Of a stretch of 8,021 nt of DNA, positions 1 through 5,704 are shown piece by piece; the stretch's first letter is position 1; each line of letters begins with the position of its first letter. A program made the position numbers and the translations under genes. Origin of the DNA: a virus (lineage: Duplodnaviria; Heunggongvirae; Uroviricota; Caudoviricetes); the IMG/VR virus record IMGVR_UViG_2778261358_000014. One strand, 5' to 3'. The notes beneath the pieces were generated by a model. It was given only the letters and a program-made list of their open reading frames with translations, searched no databases and had not been told where the DNA came from.

Positions 1-927
1 TCAGTTTTTAGCCAGAGCGGTGACGGCATTGTCGAGTTTTTGCCATCCGCAATAGGTGATTGCTCTGAATGCTGTTGCGCCATTCTGGAAAAGGCTAACC
101 GCTCCTGATTCGGTTTTTATTACCGCCTCATCAGTTGGAGTTATAACCGTGGCTTCAACGTTAATAATCAGCTTTTGAGCGTCTATCAGCATCATGCGAT
201 CCGCCTGTTCGCTCACAATTACCGGTATTCTCAAAAGCTCTATCTGCCAGAACTCAGCATTAGTAAGCTGTAAGGCGTTTTCTACGGGCAAGATTAGCGA
301 CGACGTGGCAAGCGTGTTACCGTTCGCTATGTGCTTTTTGAAAAGCTCTATGAAGTTTTCGGCCTCATCAGCACCATTAAGCACGCCCTCAGGGGATACG
401 CCCGCCAACTCCTGGTCACTGGAAAGAAATTTTTTATCTATTTCTTTCACCGATTCCGATGTGATCAAGTCTCTGATCGCTGAATTGGTACCAGGGGTGC
501 TAAATTTGATTAGCTCGTTATTCAGCATCACAATAGCGCCGAGTTTGTACAGTTTTAGCGAGCTTTCGCTTACTTCTCCCCCTTTTACTGGGATTTCTTC
601 GGCCTCTTTAAGCCATTTACTCCCCTTGCCTGATATTGATTGCAATTTTGCGCCAAAGGGAAGATTAAGCGCACTACTGATTAACTTGCCAGGTACAGAC
701 TGCGAAAAAATATACCCGCCCAGCTCTCTTGCTATCGGCTCAGCCACCAGCGACGGAAGGTTATCCGTGTTCATTCCTGCTACTACGGATTTTTCAAGGA
801 ATAACGAGACAGCCGGATCATTTCTTTTCGTCATCTCTATAGCGTCAGCATGGCTAAATTTACACGATGCCAGCACGCTGGCGGCGCGAACTGCTGACAC
901 GCCTTTCATGTTTTTACAGATCATCAT
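1..927 (-). CDS. Putative phage major capsid protein (HK97-fold-like), 308 aa
   Basis: Long ORF with protein-like composition. The C-terminal half (GAIVMLNNELIKF...LRIPVIVSEQADRMMLIDAQKLIINVEATVI...) resembles the conserved C-terminal pattern of HK97-type capsid proteins, judged from memory. A strong RBS (AGGAGGAGGAAG) precedes tandem ATGs at 927/924. Stop TGA at 1-3. Confidence 0.45.
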   Translation of the reverse strand: MMICKNMKGVSAVRAASVLASCKFSHADAIEMTKRNDPAVSLFLEKSVVAGMNTDNLPSLVAEPIARELGGYIFSQSVPGKLISSALNLPFGAKLQSISGKGSKWLKEAEEIPVKGGEVSESSLKLYKLGAIVMLNNELIKFSTPGTNSAIRDLITSESVKEIDKKFLSSDQELAGVSPEGVLNGADEAENFIELFKKHIANGNTLATSSLILPVENALQLTNAEFWQIELLRIPVIVSEQADRMMLIDAQKLIINVEATVITPTDEAVIKTESGAVSLFQNGATAFRAITYCGWQKLDNAVTALAKN

Positions 928-1075
928 CTTCCTCCTCCTGGAAGCACGGTGTTAGTGTTTCGTGAAAATATGGCATCAGAATAGCGGCGGCCTGTAACCG
1001 TATTTCGGTCGGCTGCTGCTTGTCGTTCATGATTTCCGTTAGTACCTCGATCGGGTCTGTTATGTATTCGCTCAT
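914..1075 (-). CDS. Small acidic hypothetical protein (53 aa), not in the ORF track
   Basis: ATG at 1075 preceded by GAGGT (8-nt spacer). Product MSEYITDPIEVLTEIMNDKQQPTEIRLQAAAILMPYFHETLTPCFQEEEDDDL. Its stop overlaps the start of the capsid-like gene, suggesting coupling. Position between TerS and capsid suggests a head-assembly accessory. Confidence 0.3.
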   Translation of the reverse strand: MSEYITDPIEVLTEIMNDKQQPTEIRLQAAAILMPYFHETLTPCFQEEEDDDL

Positions 1076-1086
1076 AGTTCGCTACC

Positions 1087-1575
1087 TCAGTGTTTTAGGG
1101 CTGTTGGTGGCTTAGGGATGGGAAAGCGGTTTGATGAAACATTGGTAGCATTGAGTTTTTTTACCTCTTTTTTACCAATGCTGCTGATCTTGCGGTGGGT
1201 GAACTGGGCCAGCTTAAACGCGGCATCTAAAGCCAGTTTTGGATCTGTGTCCATGTTGTCAATCAGTATCCTGCCCATTGCTTTGATGGGGTCGGGTAGG
1301 CCGTTATCCATCATCTCAATGGTGTTAATTGATGCCCGTTCCGGTGTAACTTTTTCGGTAACTTTCTTTGTAACTTTTTTCGGTTTTGTAACCTGAAAAG
1401 TTACATCAGAAGTTACAGCCTTAAGATACTTTTTCACCTCAGGATCATTGGATAGCTGCCAGCCTTTAACCCTTGCGGTCTTTTCGCTGTATCCCGCATG
1501 TATAGCGGCTTCCGTGGGATTTGCGCCCCTTGATAACGCATCAGCAAACCGCTTTTTTTTGGTCGTTAATGCCAT
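1087..1575 (-). CDS. terS: Phage terminase small subunit (TerS, Terminase_2-like), 162 aa
   Basis: N-terminus MALTTKKKRFADALSRGANPTEAAIHAGYSEKTARVKGWQL matches the conserved TerS N-terminal HTH signature (KxRF...AGYS.KTA). The ATG at 1575 is preceded by GAGG. The ORF track extends to 1713, but that extension overlaps the upstream gene and a structured repeat region. Confidence 0.7.
   Translation of the reverse strand: MALTTKKKRFADALSRGANPTEAAIHAGYSEKTARVKGWQLSNDPEVKKYLKAVTSDVTFQVTKPKKVTKKVTEKVTPERASINTIEMMDNGLPDPIKAMGRILIDNMDTDPKLALDAAFKLAQFTHRKISSIGKKEVKKLNATNVSSNRFPIPKPPTALKH
1346..1416. repeat. Cluster of GTAAC/GTTAC short repeats inside terS (four direct, two inverted); candidate pac or TerS-binding site
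   Basis: GTAAC at 1346, 1358, 1370 and 1388, with AAAGTTAC / AGTTAC inverted copies at 1397-1416. The repeats encode the KVTKKVTEKVT linker. Two more GTGTAACTTTT copies lie just upstream of terS at 1598-1620. Confidence 0.4.
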
Positions 1576-1702
1576 GCAAAAACCTCGTTTTGAGGGGGTG
1601 TAACTTTTCGTGTAACTTTTTTGAAAAGCAAAATTTTCTACGAATGAGACGGGGGGCGGTGTCCAGGGCGATCGACTTTCCGGCCGGAACACTCCCCCCC
1701 TG

Positions 1703-1864
1703 TCATTGCTCACCGAGTAACGAGATCAGGCCTTCAACTTCATCACTCAGCTTGTTTATTCGTGTCTCAAGCTCTGCGATCTTTTCCATCAATGGCGCTA
1801 TGGTGTCTCTTGTTTCCTCGCCAATGGCTTTAATGATGCTTGCCTCGCGTTCTGTGATAGCCAT
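1703..1864 (-). CDS. Small hypothetical coiled-coil protein (53 aa), not in the ORF track
   Basis: ATG at 1864 preceded by GAGG (5-nt spacer), 4 nt after the stop of the upstream ORF. Product MAITEREASIIKAIGEETRDTIAPLMEKIAELETRINKLSDEVEGLISLLGEQ has heptad-like character. Confidence 0.35.
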   Translation of the reverse strand: MAITEREASIIKAIGEETRDTIAPLMEKIAELETRINKLSDEVEGLISLLGEQ

Positions 1865-1867
1865 TGT

Positions 1868-2062
1868 TTACGCCTCACTTGTTGCAATGCCCAGGCGTTC
1901 GCGTAACAGTACGCGCGCAAGATGCCCTATTGTTGGTGTTGCCGCCCTGCCGTAGATACCTGATTCATTCATCCGGCGCACAATATCGAACTGCAACTTT
2001 TTAAGCTCGTTAAGGATTTCATGATCAATCATCACGGTAGCGCTTTGCTTTATCTCTTCCAC
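1868..2062 (-). CDS. Hypothetical small protein (64 aa), possibly DNA-binding; first gene of the packaging module
   Basis: ORF from the track with an apparent GTG start preceded by GGAGA. Tight coupling to the following ORF. Function not recognised. Confidence 0.4.
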   Translation of the reverse strand: MEEIKQSATVMIDHEILNELKKLQFDIVRRMNESGIYGRAATPTIGHLARVLLRERLGIATSEA

Positions 2063-2079
2063 TTTGTTTTCTCCTGATA

Positions 2080-2128
2080 CTTATCATTGCATAACCAGTA
2101 TTTTCGATAGATTATCATTAATTAACCA
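2080..2128. promoter_or_regulatory. Direct repeats GATAnTTATCATTnnnTAACCA (x2, about 31 bp apart) in the promoter region of the packaging module
   Basis: CTTATCATTGCATAACCA at 2080-2097 and ATTATCATTAATTAACCA at 2111-2128, lying between the upstream terminator and the first packaging gene. A GATAAT -10-like hexamer is embedded on the minus strand. Confidence 0.35.
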
Positions 2129-2149
2129 TCTTTGAAGATATATGAGATC

Positions 2150-2174
2150 GAAAAAAAGCCGGATTGCTCCGGCT
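2150..2174 (-). terminator. Rho-independent terminator ending the replication operon
   Basis: Hairpin AGCCGGA-ttgc-TCCGGCT (2157-2174) followed on the minus strand by a T7 run (plus-strand A-run 2151-2157), 19 nt after the stop of ORF 2193..2438. Confidence 0.6.
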
Positions 2175-2192
2175 ATGTGCTCACTTCTTCGG

Positions 2193-2438
2193 TTATTCTC
2201 CAGCGCTTTTAACGTTGATGGTTGTTACCTGTTCCGCTTCGGCAATCTCCCGTTCTGTCAGCGTGGCAAAGTTTGCCGCCGCTGTGGTCATGAATGCGCT
2301 TATCAGTTCGGGATGCTCCTTCGCGTATCCTTCCCCCGCGTGGCGGTCTATCGTTCTGATTGCCACCTTTAAGGAAAGCTCTGTCATGTCTAACGCTTTA
2401 TATTTTGGCGCTGTCTTATCTCTGGTTTTTCTGTTCAT
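2193..2438 (-). CDS. Hypothetical protein (81 aa) downstream of the origin
   Basis: ORF from the track with ATG at 2438 and protein-like composition, followed by an intrinsic terminator. The antisense ORFs here are low-complexity. Confidence 0.5.
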   Translation of the reverse strand: MNRKTRDKTAPKYKALDMTELSLKVAIRTIDRHAGEGYAKEHPELISAFMTTAAANFATLTEREIAEAEQVTTINVKSAGE

Positions 2439-2641
2439 TCCCCACTACTCCCCACTTTTGCTCCCCACTTTTTGAAATTACCCACCGTCTCCCCACCTCT
2501 TTTTTTTGTGATTCTAACGTTATGTTTTTCAATATGTTTTTTACTCCCCACTTTTTTGGGTATATACAGGTGGGAAAGTGGGTAATTATGTTTCAATTTT
2601 GTTAAATTCCCCACTCCCCCCACTTTTACTCCCCACTTTTT
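2439..2641. repeat. Iteron array, putative island replication origin
   Basis: At least eight direct copies of (CT)CCCCAC(T)4-8 (at 2440, 2450, 2463, 2491, 2546, 2609, 2616, 2631) plus an inverted copy GGTGGGAAAGTGGG (2569-2582), flanking an AT-rich core (about 2500-2545). It starts directly at the stop codon of the Rep helicase gene. Confidence 0.6.
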
Positions 2642-4040
2642 ACAGCGGGCGCACGTCATCACCGTCAATAACGATTACGCCATCATTTTCCAGCTTGTAC
2701 AGCCAGCGCCGGAAGTGCTTCATCTCATACCCCAGCTTTTTCATATCGTCGCGGAGAAGGGCGATAGTGCACGCCTCCCCGTGTGCTGTTCGTGTTCTGA
2801 TGCACTGCCATAGCGCGGCGTGATTCTCCGTCTTGTTCCCTGCCTCCTCGATGCGCTCCAGTTCAACGGGAGGGCGCGGCTTATCCACCACCACCAGCGA
2901 CGTGATTAACTCCCCGTCAGCGTCGGTAAAAAGCTCCACCACGCGTAAGTCATATGCTGCTTCTTTGAGTTCCTCCGCGTCCTTCATTTTGGTACATGAG
3001 ATAACCAGCGCTTCGCTGCCTGCGTCCTCCCTGCGTATCCGGTATTCGGCGTCCAGTGATGCACGAAATGCACTGGAACCACGCGCCCCCTTTGTTTCAT
3101 CCTTGCCGGAATGGTGAACCACCAGCACCGTTGCCCCTGTGCGCCGTTTCAGTTCGTCACACCCACGGATAAACGCCCCCATATCACGGGAATCATTTTC
3201 ATCATTGCCGCCAAAGCAGCGCGCCAGCGTATCCAGAATAATCATTCGAACCGGTTTACCCGTTTCCCGTTCCACCTGACGGGCAGCGATAACCATTTCC
3301 TCAACATCAAGCGGGGCAGCCGGAAAGATGGGACGGTTTACCAGATACAGATTTTTCACCTGCTCACCGTGCACAACCTCCCAGGCTTTTACACGACGCG
3401 GAACGCCGATACCGCCTTCACCAACCACATAGAGAACAGCGCCATGCGCCACCCTGCGGCCTCCCCACTGGCGGCCCGTGGAAACGTGACACGCCCACGA
3501 ACCCGCAAGGAACGATTTATATGAACCGCTCGCCCCGTATATGCTGCACAGCGATACCGCCGGAATAATCCCCTTAACCACGTAATCAAGTTGTGTGTCG
3601 TATCCGGCAGATCCCACGCTCATTGGTAGCGTGGTTTTTCGCTGGTGGTGTTTTTCTTCCCCTGGCTTTTTCCCCCGCTCCCGTTCCAGATATTCGCGCC
3701 AGTTCTCCCGCTTCTGGCTGTGCATCCCTTCGGGGTAATAATTCGCATCAGTTACACCCGCCGCCGCCAGCTTGTGCGCAATGGCATTAATATTTGATGG
3801 CCTGATGTGGCCTGCCTTGTACAGCCGGACACAATAGCGCCCCTCGTCGATGATTCTCAGGTCTGCCAGTTCATCCAGTTGATCATCAGCCAGCACAACG
3901 GGAGGCACATTATCGCCAGCCAGTCGCCCGTCCTGTTCCTGCCACTGTTTCGCATGTGCCCAGGCATCACTACCCGCAAAAATAATGACTTCGGTCATCT
4001 TGTCGTAAGGCTGTTTTTTTAAGTTCGGTGCGCTTTTCAT
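2640..4040 (-). CDS. RepA-like replicative helicase (RecA-fold / AAA_25-type ATPase) with a C-terminal putative origin-binding domain, 466 aa
   Basis: Walker A GASGSYKS (residues 169-176, nt 3513-3536), Walker B VRMIILD (about residue 270) and the VLVVHHSGKD motif typical of RepA/DnaB-like helicases. The start ATG overlaps the stop of the upstream ORF (ATGA). The gene is immediately followed by iterons. Confidence 0.85.
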   Translation of the reverse strand: MKSAPNLKKQPYDKMTEVIIFAGSDAWAHAKQWQEQDGRLAGDNVPPVVLADDQLDELADLRIIDEGRYCVRLYKAGHIRPSNINAIAHKLAAAGVTDANYYPEGMHSQKRENWREYLERERGKKPGEEKHHQRKTTLPMSVGSAGYDTQLDYVVKGIIPAVSLCSIYGASGSYKSFLAGSWACHVSTGRQWGGRRVAHGAVLYVVGEGGIGVPRRVKAWEVVHGEQVKNLYLVNRPIFPAAPLDVEEMVIAARQVERETGKPVRMIILDTLARCFGGNDENDSRDMGAFIRGCDELKRRTGATVLVVHHSGKDETKGARGSSAFRASLDAEYRIRREDAGSEALVISCTKMKDAEELKEAAYDLRVVELFTDADGELITSLVVVDKPRPPVELERIEEAGNKTENHAALWQCIRTRTAHGEACTIALLRDDMKKLGYEMKHFRRWLYKLENDGVIVIDGDDVRPL

Positions 4041-4336
4041 TTCTTGCCCCTGAATCCGTTAATCATGTTTTTCATCTTCTGAATATTGGTGCGTGCTTTC
4101 TCCCTGCTGGTGGGCTTGCTTCGTTGCGCTGCCTGCACCAGCGTAAAATCACGTTCGAACTGATAAACAGGCATCACGCAATCATATTCGTAGCCTTCAC
4201 GGCGGTAAGTTACGCGCCGTTCCTCCACGCCCTTAATCATTACCGTGCCGCCGTACTTATCGCGGTAAATATCCCCGCGCATGAATTTAGTGCGAGTTTT
4301 GCCACTGGCAGTTAAGCCAGGATATTTAAGTTTCAT
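4037..4336 (-). CDS. Hypothetical basic protein (99 aa), translationally coupled to the helicase
   Basis: ORF from the track with ATG at 4336 and GGAG upstream. Its stop overlaps the helicase start. K/R/Y-rich, possibly nucleic-acid binding. Not recognised. Confidence 0.5.
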   Translation of the reverse strand: MKLKYPGLTASGKTRTKFMRGDIYRDKYGGTVMIKGVEERRVTYRREGYEYDCVMPVYQFERDFTLVQAAQRSKPTSREKARTNIQKMKNMINGFRGKK

Positions 4337-4341
4337 TATTT

Positions 4342-4572
4342 TTATTCTCCGGTGTGCTGTTCTTTATATCTGTCGTGCAATAGATCTATTTCTTGCAGTT
4401 CCATTATTACAGGCTCAAGAATCGTTATTAATGCCGTGGCAATTCTTGATTTTTGTTTGTCGCGTTCATTGTCGCCAAGTGTTTCAAGCCATATGCGAAA
4501 TATTTCCAACATATTTTCACTGTGAGAAAGTGCAAGAAATGCGCGGTCTATTGTTTCAAAGATAAATATCAC
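4342..4572 (-). CDS. Hypothetical small protein (76 aa; GTG start, or 56 aa from an internal ATG)
   Basis: ORF from the track, tightly packed between neighbours with 5-nt gaps. The region is visibly AT-richer than the flanking helicase gene. Confidence 0.4.
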   Translation of the reverse strand: MIFIFETIDRAFLALSHSENMLEIFRIWLETLGDNERDKQKSRIATALITILEPVIMELQEIDLLHDRYKEQHTGE

Positions 4573-4577
4573 GCATA

Positions 4578-4799
4578 TTAATCCCCGTCCGTTGTTTTTC
4601 TTAAAACAGCTTCTGTCACGAAATCAGCATAGTTAGCGGCAATATCAAGAATATTTAGCCCTGTACCTCTGTGCTCATCAGTGCAAAGAAAGAAAAAAGC
4701 CACCCGCATAATTTCAGATATTGACGAAAGCGCATCAGCCGCATCATCAGGAACGCCGGAAAATTCTTGTTTCAGGGAATTAAAACGATCATCACGCAT
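4578..4799 (-). CDS. Hypothetical small acidic protein (73 aa)
   Basis: ATG at 4799 preceded by GGAGG-rich sequence (GGGGAGGGGGGG) at good spacing. Overlaps the upstream ORF by 28 nt. Confidence 0.5.
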   Translation of the reverse strand: MRDDRFNSLKQEFSGVPDDAADALSSISEIMRVAFFFLCTDEHRGTGLNILDIAANYADFVTEAVLRKTTDGD

Positions 4800-5017
4800 A
4801 ACCCCCCCTCCCCATTTTCACAATCAGCAACAAGAATATTTTTAGCGTCATTCAGCGACCGCGTGGCGGTGTATCGGATACATTCCAGGGCGAACAATGT
4901 GTATTCTTCCCGTTCTTCCTTTTGTGCAAGCCCTGCTGTGCATTCAATATCAATAAGCGCATGCATCAGCGTAGTGAGCGCGGCGGCTGCTGCGTCCGGT
5001 GTGGTTTTATTGCACAT
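4772..5017 (-). CDS. Hypothetical small protein (81 aa)
   Basis: Internal ATG at 5017 preceded by AGGAGG (6-nt spacer). It overlaps the stop of the upstream repeat-containing ORF, suggesting coupling. The ORF track's upstream extension to 5059 lacks an RBS. Confidence 0.5.
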   Translation of the reverse strand: MCNKTTPDAAAAALTTLMHALIDIECTAGLAQKEEREEYTLFALECIRYTATRSLNDAKNILVADCENGEGGLCVMIVLIP

Positions 5018-5567
5018 GGCACACCTCCTGACGAATACGGGCGGCGAATACAGCAACACAACCGGACGGGCAACGGCTACGTGCTTCGCGTTCCGTCCAG
5101 GCGGTTACGTGGATGATTTGATGTTCTGACGCGCCAAAGATGATAAAGCGCCAGAGAAAGGCGGTTTGAGAATGTACAAGGGTAGGGATAGTAGCCATGT
5201 TGGCAGCCTCCTCAGTGTGGTTAAGATAACCGCCACCGGAAACGCCAATTTCGCTGGTGGCGGACTGTACAGGGTTGGCGTAACCGGACACTGAAGAAAC
5301 CGGCGCGGATTGCTCCGCCCCCGTACAGCCCACCATTGATAAGGTGTGACTATGCGGCACAAAAAAACACGCGGGGCGCGTGTTATGCGCTTCAGTTTTG
5401 CCCAGGACGCCAATCCCGGCACCCGTTTTATGAGGTGCGCGGGAATCATAGCTATTTTCGACACTGGCGATCAACTGGTTTTTTTCTCCGATATTCAGGG
5501 CCAGAAAACGCCACACAAAGGCCGTTTGTGTGTGTACAAGGTGTGGTATATGATTTACGGCAACCAT
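5007..5567 (-). CDS. Repeat-containing open frame (186 codons) with two RBS-preceded in-frame starts (5567 and 5198); may be one protein, two paralogous small proteins, or a partly noncoding leader
   Basis: AGGAG + ATG at 5567 and AGGAGG + ATG at 5198. The paralogous N-terminal segments (M..IPxLVH[ST]QTAF[LV]WRF) differ mostly at third codon positions. An intrinsic terminator sits inside the frame at 5357-5384. The ORF track's 409-aa extension beyond 5567 is rejected. Confidence 0.3.
   Translation of the reverse strand: MVAVNHIPHLVHTQTAFVWRFLALNIGEKNQLIASVENSYDSRAPHKTGAGIGVLGKTEAHNTRPACFFVPHSHTLSMVGCTGAEQSAPVSSVSGYANPVQSATSEIGVSGGGYLNHTEEAANMATIPTLVHSQTAFLWRFIIFGASEHQIIHVTAWTEREARSRCPSGCVAVFAARIRQEVCHVQ
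5357..5384 (-). terminator. Strong intrinsic terminator on the minus strand, about 210 nt downstream of the leftward promoter
   Basis: Stem AACACGCG / CGCGTGTT (8 bp, GC-rich, 3-nt loop, plus-strand 5366-5384) followed on the minus strand by a run of seven U (plus-strand A-run 5361-5367). Confidence 0.55.
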
Positions 5568-5596
5568 AACGGCTCCTAGTTTACGTTGTTGGTTAG

Positions 5597-5638
5597 ACGC
5601 CCCGTATGTGTTCCCAGCACTGCGGGGCGTTGATTTTT
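5597..5638 (+). terminator. Hairpin plus T-run on the plus strand (terminator-like); its complement also forms a 5' leader hairpin of the leftward transcript
   Basis: Stem ACGCCCCG / CGGGGCGT (5597-5604 / 5623-5630) with an inner 5-bp helix, followed by TGATTTTTGTG. It sits 18 nt after the stop of a plus-strand ORF (5352..5579) that is antisense to the leader ORF. Confidence 0.4.
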
Positions 5639-5655
5639 GTGTAATGGCAAGTACA

Positions 5656-5704
5656 ATGGTAATTACCATGTAGGTATAGTAATGAAGGGTAATTACCATG
5701 TCAA
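5656..5704. promoter_or_regulatory. Switch region: leftward sigma70-like promoter (-35 TTGACA, 17-bp spacer, -10 TACTAT) overlapped by two palindromic operators (ATGGTAATTACCAT and GGTAATTACC)
   Basis: Minus-strand TTGACA corresponds to plus 5699-5704 and TACTAT to plus 5676-5681, with an exact 17-bp spacer. The perfect 14-bp palindrome is at 5656-5669 and a 10-bp palindrome at 5688-5697, centres 30 bp apart. A plus-strand TATAGT (5675-5680) shares the -10 region. Confidence 0.5.

Noticed and set aside
194-955. 253-aa plus-strand ORF
   Set aside because: It lies antisense to the capsid-like gene, has low-complexity S/L-rich composition and no RBS. Taken as a shadow ORF.
1118-1396. 92-aa plus-strand ORF
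   Set aside because: Antisense to terS, whose N-terminal signature is recognisable. Shadow ORF.
1576-1713. N-terminal extension of the TerS ORF to 1713
   Set aside because: The extension overlaps the upstream coupled ORF and a repeat and hairpin region. The TerS homology begins at the Met at 1575, which has its own RBS.
2439-2641. Possible CRISPR array
   Set aside because: The repeat units are short (about 10-12 bp), irregularly spaced, occur in both orientations and flank an AT-rich core. That is iteron/origin architecture, not repeat-spacer.
2435-2668. 77-aa minus-strand ORF and plus-strand ORFs across 2360-2823
   Set aside because: They are translations of the iteron repeats (KVGG/KWG repeats) or antisense to the helicase. 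No RBS, and the region is better explained as an origin.
2833-4022. Several plus-strand ORFs of 65-137 aa
   Set aside because: All lie antisense within the helicase gene, which has clear Walker A/B motifs. Shadow ORFs.
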